DNA from: an uncultured Gaiellales bacterium
GTDB taxonomy: Bacteria > Actinomycetota > Thermoleophilia > RBG-16-64-13
Direction: 5' to 3'
Assembly (NCBI GenBank): GCA_964497095.1
Contig: CAZCCL010000002.1
Span: 10,492-62,277 of the forward strand
DNA: 51,786 nucleotides
The notes below the pieces were generated by a model, which saw nothing but the letters and a program-made list of their open reading frames with translations, was not told the origin of the DNA and ran no database searches. The translations under genes were made by a program, and so were the position numbers. Within the stretch, counting starts at the first letter, position 1. The number at the start of each line of letters is the position of its first letter. Positions 1-8,927 of the stretch are shown here, piece after piece.

Positions 1-584
1 TATACGGTAAACTCCAGCGGCAGTTGGACCGCATGAACCGCCTCGTCGCGGATCTTCTCACGCTCACTCGGGCGACTCGCACCGACTTTCTGCGCATGGA
101 GAAGGTCGACATCGACCTGCTTCTCACTTCCTTGGTCGGGCAAGGGCCACATCTAGGCGACCGGGATTGGGGGATCGACTCGCTGCCCGGAGTAACGATC
201 GAGGCCGACCAGGACCGGCTGACCCAGGTGTTCCTCAACCTCATGCAGAACGCGGTCGCTCACACCTCGGCCGGGCAGGCGGTGGCCCTTGGCGGCATGA
301 GGATCCCCGAGAAGGGGGCCGTCTCGCTCTGGGTGCGGGACGAAGGCGAGGGTATGGACGAAGAGACGCGTCGGCACATATTCGAGCGGTTCTACCGGGG
401 AAAGGGAGATTCCGGGGGCGGGCGAGCGGGCCTGGGTCTGGCGATCGTGAAGGCGTTGGTCGAAGCCCACAACGGATCGGTGTCGGTAGAAAGCGCTCCC
501 CGTCGGGGATCCAGGTTCGTCGTGGGCCTTCCTATGGAGCAGATCTCCACGAGCGGGCCTTTTCGGGGCGAGAGGAATCGATAA
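1..584 (+). CDS. Two-component sensor histidine kinase, C-terminal part (5' truncated by the window edge)
   Basis: End of HisKA (LDRMNRLVADLL), N-box (QVFLNLMQNA), G1 (VRDEGEGM), F-box (IFERFYRG) and G2 (GLGLAIVK) of HATPase_c. Confidence 0.92.
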   Translation, partial: YGKLQRQLDRMNRLVADLLTLTRATRTDFLRMEKVDIDLLLTSLVGQGPHLGDRDWGIDSLPGVTIEADQDRLTQVFLNLMQNAVAHTSAGQAVALGGMRIPEKGAVSLWVRDEGEGMDEETRRHIFERFYRGKGDSGGGRAGLGLAIVKALVEAHNGSVSVESAPRRGSRFVVGLPMEQISTSGPFRGERNR

Positions 585-591
585 GAGGATT

Positions 592-634
592 CTCATCGGG
601 CCTTAACCTTCTCCTCATCTGCCGCCACTACAGT
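592..634 (+). promoter_or_regulatory. Putative OmpR/PhoB-type response-regulator box plus -10 element
   Basis: Hexamers CTCATC (592), TTAACC (603) and CTCATC (614) recur with an 11-bp period in place of a -35 element, followed by TACAGT (629-634). Confidence 0.45.
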
Positions 635-714
635 AAGAGTCGTGAGCAGCGGAGTCGCGAGCAGCGGCTGATCGCGGTTCACGTCCACAAAGGAAACGAC
701 GAAGGAGGTCATCG

Positions 715-1452
715 ATGCGTAGACGCAAGACGATGGTCGTCATCGCCGTCGCCGCCGCTCTGACTCTGGCGATAGCCGGTTCGGCCTATGCGGTGGCGGC
801 AGGTGGATCACAGGGCTACTCGGGTGCAAGCGATATCGCAGGCGCTGAGGTGTCGGGTCAGAACGGGAACGCCCAGGGCCCCGGTACCACATGCACCGAT
901 TGCGGTGATCCCGATAGAGCCCGCGACCAGCAGCAATTGCAGGATGGCACGGGTGACAACTGTACGGGGACCTGCGACGGTACCTGTGACGGGGTCTGCG
1001 ACGGCACGGGCGCCCGGGGGGTCGAGGCCCAGAGCGTAGGATCGGAGCCGGCCACGGTGCTGCGCGCTCAGACGCAAACCCAGGCTCGTACCGGCGAATG
1101 CGAAGGTACGTGCACACGGACTCAGACTCAAACGCAGGCTCGTACCGGGGAGTGCGACGGCACCTGCGAGCAGGTGCAGACGCAGGCTCAGGTTCAGACC
1201 CAGACCGCGACCCAGACCGCGACGCTTCAGTGCCGGCAGGAAGGTGCCTGTTTGGCAGACGGGCCCCATGGTCCCGGCGGTCCTGATACCGGCTCGGGGC
1301 CGAACACCGAACCCGGTACAGGAGCAGGCCCCGCCGGCGCGGGTAACGGACCCGGCCCTGGCGCTGGAGTCGGCGACGGCACCTGCACCGGAACCGGCAA
1401 CGGGGCGGGAAGGTACATCGCAAGGGTAGCGCTGACCAGGAGTCGGACGTGA
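715..1452 (+). CDS. Secreted Cys/Gly/Thr/Gln-rich low-complexity protein
   Basis: GGAGG RBS; signal peptide MRRRK...AYA; 13 Cys, mostly in CxxC/CxGxC motifs; 18-aa internal repeat QTQTQARTGECxGTC. Confidence 0.75.
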   Translation: MRRRKTMVVIAVAAALTLAIAGSAYAVAAGGSQGYSGASDIAGAEVSGQNGNAQGPGTTCTDCGDPDRARDQQQLQDGTGDNCTGTCDGTCDGVCDGTGARGVEAQSVGSEPATVLRAQTQTQARTGECEGTCTRTQTQTQARTGECDGTCEQVQTQAQVQTQTATQTATLQCRQEGACLADGPHGPGGPDTGSGPNTEPGTGAGPAGAGNGPGPGAGVGDGTCTGTGNGAGRYIARVALTRSRT

Positions 1453-1453
1453 T

Positions 1454-1489
1454 CGGGGCGCACCCCCCCCGCAGGGGGTCTGCGCCCCG
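1454..1489 (+). terminator. GC-rich hairpin after the Cys-rich gene
   Basis: CGGGGCGCA pairs with TGCGCCCCG, with an inner CCCCC/GGGGG stem; lies between convergent genes; no U-tract. Confidence 0.5.
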
Positions 1490-1566
1490 GCTCATTCCTG
1501 CCAGACCGCGGGCCTCAAGGCGTCGTACTAGGTCAGGCTCGGGGGTCGTTCAACGACCGGAGAGGT

Positions 1567-2928
1567 CTAGCTGAACACCTCGTCCCGGCTGACCATGGCC
1601 TTGTGCAACTGGAAGGCGTCATGTAGAGCCTTCACCGCGGTCTCCACGTGCTGTTTCCGGATGACACAGCTGATCTTGATGGTGCTGGTCGAGATCATGT
1701 CGATGTTGATGTCGTTCTCGGCCAGGACGTCGAACATCTTCGCGGCTACGCCGGGGTAGGTCTTCATCCCCGCGCCGACCAGCGTCACCTTGGCCACGTC
1801 CTTGTCGGTATCGAGGGAGGTGAATCCCAACTCGCCCTGCAGGTCCCCTAGGATCTTCGTAATCCTCGGCAAGTCCCCTTCCGAGGCGGTGAACGAGATG
1901 TTGGTGAAGCCTCCCTCGGCGACGTTCTGGATGATCACGTCGAGGTTCACATGGGCGTCGGCCAAACTGGTGAAGATCTTGGCGGCGACGCCGACCTTGT
2001 CGGGAAGGTGGTGGATCGTCACCTTCGCGTCGTCGAGAGCATAGGTCACGCCGGAGATTATCGCCTGTTCCATGCTTGAATCATCCTGTCCTATCCAGGT
2101 GCCGGGGGCCGTGGTGAAGCTCGAGCGGATATGGAGCGGCACGTCGAAACGACGCGCCACCTCGACGCTACGGGCCATCATGACCTTGGCGCCGCTTGCC
2201 GCCAGTTCGAGCAGTTCCTCGTTGGAGATGGTGTCCAGCTTGCGGGCTTCAGGGACGATGCGGGGGTCGGTGGTGAAGACGCCCTCGACATCGGTGTAGA
2301 TCTCGCAGACCTCCGCCCCCAGAGCGGCAGCCAGGGCTACCGCGGTGGTGTCGGAGCCTCCCCTTCCCAGGGTAGTCACATCCTGTTCGGTAGACACGCC
2401 CTGGAACCCGGCCACGAGCACGATCTTGTCCTCTTCAAGGGCCTTGCGGACGCGGTTCGGTCTGATGTCGAGAATCTTGGCCTTGGTGTGAAACGTGTCG
2501 GTGACGATACCCGCCTGAGACCCGGTGAGCGAGATCGCTTCGTGGCCCAAGTCGTATATGGCCATGGCCAGCAGGGCCGCAGATATCCGTTCCCCCGTGG
2601 AGAGGAGCATGTCCATCTCTCGCGCGGGGGGATCGTCGGAGATCTCTTTGGCCATCTCGATCAGCTCGTCGGTGGTATCCCCTCGAGCGGAGACCACGGC
2701 GACGACCGGGTGACCGGCTCTCCGGGCCTCGACGATGCGATTGGCCACGCGTTTGATGCAGGCGGCGTCGGCTACCGAGCTACCCCCGAACTTCATGACC
2801 ACGATGTTGGTGCGCTCGGCTCTCCTCTCCGGACCGCCGATGACGATGTATTCCTCTCCCGCCGCGTCCAGCCCCGCAGCGTCCACTCCCGCCGTGCCCT
2901 GGTGTTTCGATCGCTTCTCTTTTGCCAC
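1567..2928 (-). CDS. ask: Aspartate kinase
   Basis: [31 protein letters not shown] and YTDVEGV motifs, two C-terminal ACT domains, and an internal MEQAIISGV resembling the beta-subunit start. Confidence 0.96.
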   Translation of the reverse strand: MAKEKRSKHQGTAGVDAAGLDAAGEEYIVIGGPERRAERTNIVVMKFGGSSVADAACIKRVANRIVEARRAGHPVVAVVSARGDTTDELIEMAKEISDDPPAREMDMLLSTGERISAALLAMAIYDLGHEAISLTGSQAGIVTDTFHTKAKILDIRPNRVRKALEEDKIVLVAGFQGVSTEQDVTTLGRGGSDTTAVALAAALGAEVCEIYTDVEGVFTTDPRIVPEARKLDTISNEELLELAASGAKVMMARSVEVARRFDVPLHIRSSFTTAPGTWIGQDDSSMEQAIISGVTYALDDAKVTIHHLPDKVGVAAKIFTSLADAHVNLDVIIQNVAEGGFTNISFTASEGDLPRITKILGDLQGELGFTSLDTDKDVAKVTLVGAGMKTYPGVAAKMFDVLAENDINIDMISTSTIKISCVIRKQHVETAVKALHDAFQLHKAMVSRDEVFS

Positions 2929-3059
2929 CTGGATCAGTGCTCCGCTTCAAGTTTGTCGACCGATGAATTCTAACGGATTTCTCAGGATCACGCGCCTTGG
3001 CCGGGTCGCGTGGCGCCACGCGAGGATGCGCTCGCCCTCTCCGGGGCTTGCGCCGGCGA

Positions 3060-3665
3060 CTAGAGGTCGCGCCGGCCGGTCAGCGCCCGGCCCAGTGTGA
3101 CTTCATCCGCGTATTCGAGGTCGCCCCCCATCGGTAGACCGGCAGCGGGCCGGGTGATACGGAGCGTCCCCGCGACGATCGAAGCGCGAAGTTCCTCGGC
3201 GATGTAGAGGGCAGTGGCTTCGCCGGCCATGTTCGGGTTGGTGGCCACGATCACCTCGCGCACCTCTTCCTCACGCACCCGTTCGAACAACTCCGTCAGG
3301 TGCAGCTTCTCGGGCCCGATCCCGTCCAGCGGGGAAAGTGCTCCGCCGAGGACATGGTAGAGTCCCCGGTACTCGTGCGTGCGCTCGACGCTGATGATGT
3401 CACCCGGCTCCTCCACTACGCAGATAGTGGTGGGGTCGCGGGCCATGTCGAGACAGATATCGCAGAGTTCTCGTTCGGTGAGGTTGAAACAACGGCTGCA
3501 GAAGCGGACGCTTTCTTTGACGTCTATGAGCGCCTGCGCCAGAGGCAACGCCTCTTCCGGGGGAAGCTTGAGAAGATGGAAAGCGAGGCGCTGGGCCGTC
3601 TTTGGCCCGACACCGGGGAGCTTGCTCAGTTCGTCGATGAGCTTCTGGACCGTAGGGCTGAACAT
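3060..3665 (-). CDS. recR: Recombination mediator RecR
   Basis: LPGVGPKTAQRLAF HhH, C4 zinc finger (CSRC...CDIC), Toprim (VVEEPGD, YHVLGG, EVIVATNP..GEATA). Confidence 0.97.
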   Translation of the reverse strand: MFSPTVQKLIDELSKLPGVGPKTAQRLAFHLLKLPPEEALPLAQALIDVKESVRFCSRCFNLTERELCDICLDMARDPTTICVVEEPGDIISVERTHEYRGLYHVLGGALSPLDGIGPEKLHLTELFERVREEEVREVIVATNPNMAGEATALYIAEELRASIVAGTLRITRPAAGLPMGGDLEYADEVTLGRALTGRRDL

Positions 3666-3720
3666 GTATGCGCGAGCGGGTGCCAGGAGCCTTGATACAA
3701 GCTAGGTGGATCGCTCCCGG

Positions 3721-4044
3721 TCAGAAGGGCAGACCGGGGATGTTCAGACCCGAGGTGATCCCGCCCAGCTTCCTGTTGGCCAGCTCTTGAGCCGAGCGCA
3801 GGGCTTCGTTGGTGGCGGCCATGATCATGTCCTCGAGCATCTCCACGTCCTCGGGATCCACCGCCGAGGGGTCGATCTTGATGCTCTTCAGCTCCACTGC
3901 CCCGGTGACTTCCACACTCACCATGCCTCCGCCGGCAGACGCCTCGACTACTTCGTTGGCCAGTTCTTCCTGCATCTTGGCCATGTCGGCCTGCATCTTC
4001 TGGACCTGCTTCATCATCTTCTGGTAGTTCGGATTCGGGCTCAC
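3721..4044 (-). CDS. ybaB: YbaB/EbfC nucleoid-associated protein
   Basis: MMKQVQKMQ, ASAGGGMV and DPEDVEMLEDMI motifs; canonical position between dnaX and recR. Confidence 0.95.
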   Translation of the reverse strand: MSPNPNYQKMMKQVQKMQADMAKMQEELANEVVEASAGGGMVSVEVTGAVELKSIKIDPSAVDPEDVEMLEDMIMAATNEALRSAQELANRKLGGITSGLNIPGLPF

Positions 4045-4078
4045 TGGCCTCTCCTCGACTCGTCTGGCGCGCGGGCCT

Positions 4079-5932
4079 TCACTCGATCTCTCGGGCGTCG
4101 AACTCCTGCTGAAGCACCCTGATCAGTTCGTCTTTGCTCAGGATTCTAGCATCTTCCTCTTTGTCGGCCGCCGGGGCGGCGGCGTTCGCAGCCAGCCGGG
4201 TGGCGATACGGAGGTTCTTCCCGGTTATGTCCCGGAGGATCTCCGAGAGTATGCGTGGATTGTCGCCTCGGGTCACCTGGTCGGCTTGGAAGGCGTAGCC
4301 GGCCGGGAATCTGATGACCAGTTCGTCGTTCTCGAGGCCCTCGGGACGTCCCTCGCCGAGCACGGCAGACAGTCCCGCCTGGCGCTTCTTCACGGCCTCG
4401 AGCACCAGAGGCCACGCCCGCCTGAGGTGGTCGATGTCGGCCTTCACCGTGGTGGGTCCCCCCGGCGGCGTCTCCGGCTCGGGAGCCGGTGGCTCAGCCT
4501 CTTTCCCGGGGGAGGGGGCTTGCAGCCCGGGGGGGGCTGTCTCGCCGGGCTCCGCCTCGCCGGGCTCCGCCGGTGCGTCGGCTTCCGCTGGTACGGTGGG
4601 CCCCGTCTCGTCGGGCTCGGCCCTCGCGACGGGCTCCGCTCCCTCGCTGAACGGCCTCGGGTCGACCGGCGGTGTCGCCTCGACCGAGGGGACGTGTTGT
4701 GCGGAGGGTGCTCCCCTTAGGGAGGGCTTTACCTCAGGGGATGGGGTGGGCTTTGGCGAAGGTTCCGCAGCGGCTTCGGCTCCAGGACCGCCGTCGACCA
4801 CCTGGGCCGGCGCAGGTCCTGCGGAGGGAGCGCCGGTCGGAGTCAAGGCGGTCATCTTGATCAAGACGAGTTCGAGTTCGAGCCGGGGGTCAGACCCCTG
4901 GCGGACCGCTCGAAGGGCCTCGCCGAGCAGATCGATGAAGAGGACCGTCTGGGCGGTGAGGACCCGGTTAGCCTGGCTCCGGAGTCTGCCGAGCTGTTCC
5001 TCCGGCAAGGCGATGCTGGCGGGGATCTCGGCCGTGTGCATCGTCACGTAGAGATCTCGCAGGTGGCCGAGCAGGTCCTTCATGAACTGGACGTAGTCGG
5101 TACCGCTTTGGCTGAGTTGCTCGACGAAGAGCAGCGCTCCTTGGGTGTCGCTCTCGTGTACGAGATCTACGAGTTCGAACAGCAGGTCGTGGCGGACGAT
5201 GCCAAGGATGTCGAGCGTTTCCTGCAGGCTGATGGTGCCGCCGGAGTATGTGGACAGTTGGTCGAGCGTGCCGATGGCGTCGCGGAAGCTTCCTCCGGCC
5301 GAGCGGGCGATGACCGTCAGTGCCGTCTCGGAGACCTCGATACCCTCCTGATCGGCGATGGAACTCAAAACACTCACCACCTCCATGACGGAGGGTCGGC
5401 GGAAATCGAAGCGCTGGCAGCGACTGAGGATCGTCTGCGGCACTCTGTGTGGTTCGGTGGTGGCCAGCACGAAGACTGCGTGCGCCGGGGGTTCCTCGAG
5501 GGTCTTGAGCAGGGCGTTGAAGGCCTCTTGAGTCAGCATGTGGACCTCGTCCACGATGTAGACCTTCATGCGGCCTTCCACCGGAGAGAAGTGCACCTTG
5601 TCGCGCAGATCGCGGATATCGTCGATGCCGCGATTGGAGGCCGCGTCCATCTCCACGACGTCCATCGCGCTTCCCCGACGGATGGCTACGCAGTGCGGGC
5701 AGGTCCCGTCGGGTGTCGGCGTGGCTTTGCCGCCGCCGGCGTCGCAGTTGAGGGCCATGGCCAGGATCTTGGCTGTGGAAGTCTTCCCGGTGCCGCGCGG
5801 GCCGGTGAACAGATAGGCGTGACTGACCCGGTCCTGGTTGATGGCGTTGACGAGAGTGCGGGCCACGTGGTCCTGCCCGATGATGTCCTCGAAGCGTGCC
5901 GGCCGGTACTTGCGATAGAGGGAGACTGACAT
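4079..5932 (-). CDS. dnaX: DNA polymerase III subunit gamma/tau
   Basis: Start re-called at MSVSLYRKYRP; GPRGTGKT Walker A, EMDAASNRG, IVDEVHML, SRC motif, Pro/Ala-rich linker and C-terminal domain. Confidence 0.97.
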   Translation of the reverse strand: MSVSLYRKYRPARFEDIIGQDHVARTLVNAINQDRVSHAYLFTGPRGTGKTSTAKILAMALNCDAGGGKATPTPDGTCPHCVAIRRGSAMDVVEMDAASNRGIDDIRDLRDKVHFSPVEGRMKVYIVDEVHMLTQEAFNALLKTLEEPPAHAVFVLATTEPHRVPQTILSRCQRFDFRRPSVMEVVSVLSSIADQEGIEVSETALTVIARSAGGSFRDAIGTLDQLSTYSGGTISLQETLDILGIVRHDLLFELVDLVHESDTQGALLFVEQLSQSGTDYVQFMKDLLGHLRDLYVTMHTAEIPASIALPEEQLGRLRSQANRVLTAQTVLFIDLLGEALRAVRQGSDPRLELELVLIKMTALTPTGAPSAGPAPAQVVDGGPGAEAAAEPSPKPTPSPEVKPSLRGAPSAQHVPSVEATPPVDPRPFSEGAEPVARAEPDETGPTVPAEADAPAEPGEAEPGETAPPGLQAPSPGKEAEPPAPEPETPPGGPTTVKADIDHLRRAWPLVLEAVKKRQAGLSAVLGEGRPEGLENDELVIRFPAGYAFQADQVTRGDNPRILSEILRDITGKNLRIATRLAANAAAPAADKEEDARILSKDELIRVLQQEFDAREIE

Positions 5933-5972
5933 GCGCCGGGCGACTCCTTGATAGCGCTCGCCGAGTGGCGCG

Positions 5973-5978
5973 ATTATA
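5973..5978 (-). promoter_or_regulatory. Putative -10 element (TATAAT) for dnaX
   Basis: Perfect TATAAT directly after the antiporter stop codon, about 40 nt upstream of the dnaX ATG, with an AAGGAG RBS in between. Confidence 0.5.
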
Positions 5979-7694
5979 TCAGTCGTCCTCCTGGGCTCGG
6001 CGCAGGAGGACGTAGTGGTCCTCGCGGATGGCGGCTTCCAGACGCTCGACCTCTTCGCGGGGAAGGGCGAAGTACTCGGCGGTCCGATGGAAGATCTCGA
6101 TGGAGGTCTCGAACTCCTCGGGGACGACATCGCTGGCACCCAGCTTGTAGAGGGGATGCACCTCGGACACGAAACGGGTACGGGCGATGATGTGAAGAGA
6201 GGGGTTCAGGCGGCGGAGTTGAGCCACGACGCCCCGGGTCGCTGCCGGATCGCCGATGACGACTGCTGCCGCCCTGGCCCGAGTGACACCCGCCTGCAGG
6301 AGGACGGCGTCGTTCGTCGCGTCCCCGAAATAGAGGGGTTCGGCCCGAGCGATCTCTTCTCGGACCGTTCGGGGGTTCATCTCTATCACGGCATAGGGGA
6401 GGTCGCACTCGCGGGCAGCCCGGGCGAGATTTCTGCCGTTCATACCGTAGCCGATGATGAGCAGGTGATCGGAGCGGGCCGGCACTTTCGCCGGACCTAT
6501 GGCTCGACCGGAGGTAAGCGATCGTGGGAGTCCGAGCTTCGATACGAGCCGGTAGGCTCCCTCAGCCCGCGCCAGCACGACGGGAGTCACCGCCATCGTG
6601 AGTACCGCCACTGCAAGGAACCCCTGCTCCAGTTCACGCGGCAGTAGCGACTTGCTTGCCGCCACGGCTGCCAGGACGAAGGAGAACTCTCCCACTTGAC
6701 TGAGCGCCATCCCGGTACCCAGCGCCGTCCTAAGGGGATAGCGGACGGCCAGGACGGAAATGGTGCCCATGAGGGTCTTCGCCAGCAAGAGGCCCACCAC
6801 GCCGAGGAGGACCATCCACCAGTACCGGCCCAGGAATCCAAGATCGAGGAGCATACCCACCGACACGAAGAAGAAGCTCACGAGGAGGTTTCGGAACGGC
6901 ATGATGTAGCCGAGAGCTTGGGAACTGTACTCTGATTCCGAGATGATGAGCCCCGCGAGAAAAGCCCCGAGTGCGAGCGACAGGCCCAATCTTGCCGAGA
7001 GAGCGGCCACGCCGAAGCAGACGGTCACCACCACCATGAGAAAGACGTCTGCGCTCCGGCTACGGGCTGCTTCATAGAGCAATCGCGGCGCGACCCACTT
7101 GGTCCCGACGATCACGAGGGCGATGACCCCCACGGCTATCCCGGCGATCGTCAGCGGGCTCCATGAGGTCTCCAAGGTCTCGCCGGCAAGGAGCGGCAGG
7201 ACGAGCATCATCGGCACGACCAGGATGTCCTGGAAGATGAGTATTCCCAAGGTGTTTCTGCCCATGGGGGAATCGATCTGCGCCCGCTCAGAGAGGCTCT
7301 TGAGGACGACCGCTGTGCTGCTCAGCGCCACCAGCATCCCCAGCACGACGGACTGGGACACCGATCTACCGAAGGCGAGGCCTACCCCGGCCCCCAGTGC
7401 CCCGGTCAGTATCACCTGCAAGGGTCCGGCTACCAGGATGACCCGGGCCAAGGGCATCATCCTCCGGAACGAGAACTCGAGGCCAAGGGCAAAAAGGAGG
7501 AATATCACTCCCACTTCGGCCAAAGCCTCCACCTCATCGGTGCTCTTGATCAGTCCCAGGGCGTTGGGACCCGCAAGTGCTCCGGCCACGAAAAGGCCGA
7601 CAAGGGTGGGGAGACGTAGTCGGCCGAAGATGAGGGTGATGGCGGCTGCCACGGCCATGACTATGAGGATGTCGGTAAGGGTCGCGGTGGTCAT
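5979..7694 (-). CDS. CPA2-family cation:proton antiporter with TrkA-N (RCK/KTN) domain (Kef-like)
   Basis: Many TM segments, ALSSTAVV, ILIFQD and GAFLAG motifs; C-terminal IIGYGMNG...GDAT KTN domain; GGAG RBS before MTTATL. Confidence 0.92.
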   Translation of the reverse strand: MTTATLTDILIVMAVAAAITLIFGRLRLPTLVGLFVAGALAGPNALGLIKSTDEVEALAEVGVIFLLFALGLEFSFRRMMPLARVILVAGPLQVILTGALGAGVGLAFGRSVSQSVVLGMLVALSSTAVVLKSLSERAQIDSPMGRNTLGILIFQDILVVPMMLVLPLLAGETLETSWSPLTIAGIAVGVIALVIVGTKWVAPRLLYEAARSRSADVFLMVVVTVCFGVAALSARLGLSLALGAFLAGLIISESEYSSQALGYIMPFRNLLVSFFFVSVGMLLDLGFLGRYWWMVLLGVVGLLLAKTLMGTISVLAVRYPLRTALGTGMALSQVGEFSFVLAAVAASKSLLPRELEQGFLAVAVLTMAVTPVVLARAEGAYRLVSKLGLPRSLTSGRAIGPAKVPARSDHLLIIGYGMNGRNLARAARECDLPYAVIEMNPRTVREEIARAEPLYFGDATNDAVLLQAGVTRARAAAVVIGDPAATRGVVAQLRRLNPSLHIIARTRFVSEVHPLYKLGASDVVPEEFETSIEIFHRTAEYFALPREEVERLEAAIREDHYVLLRRAQEDD

Positions 7695-7729
7695 CTTCTG
7701 GCGATCTCCGACTCCTAGGGTGAAGAAGG

Positions 7730-7995
7730 ACCGTGCACCCACCTTCGAAGACAGACCTCCGAGCGCCCGCCGGTAGCCGGCTCAAGCCAAGCTACCCCAC
7801 GGCACATGGAAGAGTCCGCTTAGGGCTGCTACCTCCCGGTCCTGACCCGGTTCACGGATTTCCATTGCGCAGGACCTGGCCGTCAACACCGCTTGCCGAC
7901 GTCAGACCTCACAGACCCGCTCCTGGGGTGGGGATTCAGTCCCGCTGAAGCGGATTGCGGGTACAGGGCACCGCTAGCTCCCCACCTAGCACGGT
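7730..7995 (-). ncRNA. ffs: Signal recognition particle RNA, large (Bacillus scRNA-type, Alu domain present)
   Basis: 5' end ACCGTGCTAGGTGGGGAGCTAGCGGTGCCCTGTACCCGCAATCCGC matches the Bacillus scRNA Alu region as recalled; S-domain helix GTCAGGACCGGGAGGTAGCAGC; ends pair (CCGTGC/GCACGG); TATACT -10 at 8003-8008; upstream of dnaX. Confidence 0.92.
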
Positions 7996-8061
7996 CGCGG
8001 GGAGTATACCCCGCAGGATGAGTGGTGCACATCAGGCCGAGGAGAGGGGAAGGCGCACCGT

Positions 8062-8682
8062 CTAGGTCGCGGGGACGAGGGCTTTTGCCTCGTCCAGAAG
8101 CGGCCGCAGCGCGGCGATGAACTTGTCGAGGGAAGCGGCGGCCTCTTCCGGCTTGTCCGAAGGCACGCCCAACGTGGCGATCGTGGCGTAGGCGTCTTCC
8201 AAGATCTGGGAGACCGATCCCTCGGCCAGGTTGCGGCCGAGGTTGAGGGTGAGGTAGACGTCTTTCATCGCCATGTCGGCCAGTCCAAGATCACCTTGGT
8301 CGAGGGCCTGGCGGCCGGTTATCGCCTGGGTGCGGGCCCGAAGCCCGAAGATGACGGCCATGCGAGGGTCGTCTTGGGCGGCGCCCTGCTCGGTGAGGTA
8401 GGTGGCGAGTCGATTCTGGACCTGCGCGGTCTCGGCCAATTCGCGGTCCCAATCGGAAAGCATCTCCGGCAGGGTGGTGGTGGAACTGACCGTGGATGTG
8501 GGGCCGGTGCCGGTCCTGGGTCCCATGCTGGTGCCCGAGGCCGTCGTTGGCGTATCTGCGGGTTCCTCCGAGGAGCATCCAGAGGCGGCTACGACAAGCA
8601 CGATGGCCAGCAACGCCGCCACCGCGGCCGCGGCCATCAAGGCGACCTTGGGTTGTCTGGTCACGAGGGCTCGGTTCTTCAC
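8062..8682 (-). CDS. Hypothetical lipoprotein
   Basis: Hydrophobic signal ending AASG-C (lipobox-like), Thr-rich linker, helical C-terminal domain. Confidence 0.7.
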   Translation of the reverse strand: MKNRALVTRQPKVALMAAAAVAALLAIVLVVAASGCSSEEPADTPTTASGTSMGPRTGTGPTSTVSSTTTLPEMLSDWDRELAETAQVQNRLATYLTEQGAAQDDPRMAVIFGLRARTQAITGRQALDQGDLGLADMAMKDVYLTLNLGRNLAEGSVSQILEDAYATIATLGVPSDKPEEAAASLDKFIAALRPLLDEAKALVPAT

Positions 8683-8712
8683 AGCGTATTCCTTCTGGGT
8701 ACAGGCGTGAGG

Positions 8713-8803
8713 CGGAGTGGGAGGGATTCGAACCCTCGAGACGAGTTTCCCCCGCCTACACGATTTCCAGTCGTGCTCCTTAAGCCAACTCGGACACCAC
8801 TCC
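8713..8803 (-). tRNA. tRNA-Ser(GGA)
   Basis: Acceptor stem GGAGTGG/CCACTCC, anticodon arm CACGA-CTGGAAA-TCGTG, long variable arm, GGTTCGAATCC T-loop; CCA not fully encoded; TATAAT at 8835-8840 upstream. Confidence 0.97.
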
Positions 8804-8927
8804 GCGAGGCGCTGATGGCTTGAGACAGGGCGGGATTATAGCTTATGAGGTCGGGTGAGAAGGACGCCTGAATCGAGGCGAAGTCGACGGCCGAGACCTC
8901 GCCTCGGGGACTTCTCCAAAGAGAGGA

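Noticed and set aside
1066-1225. CRISPR-like repeat array
   Set aside because: The repeats are in-frame coding repeats with synonymous variation and no unique spacers; no cas genes are present.
2929-3059. Lysine riboswitch upstream of ask
   Set aside because: The region is too short and lacks the conserved lysine-riboswitch motifs; only a TAGAAT -10-like hexamer is seen.
4529-4536. C8 run in the dnaX linker as a gamma/tau frameshift or slippage site
   Set aside because: Explained by Ala-Pro-Pro codons in a Pro-rich linker; no A AAA AAG or poly-A slippery site was seen.
8062-8803. tRNA-anchored integrative element or prophage
   Set aside because: No integrase, no duplicated tRNA 3' end (att site) and no phage genes were seen.
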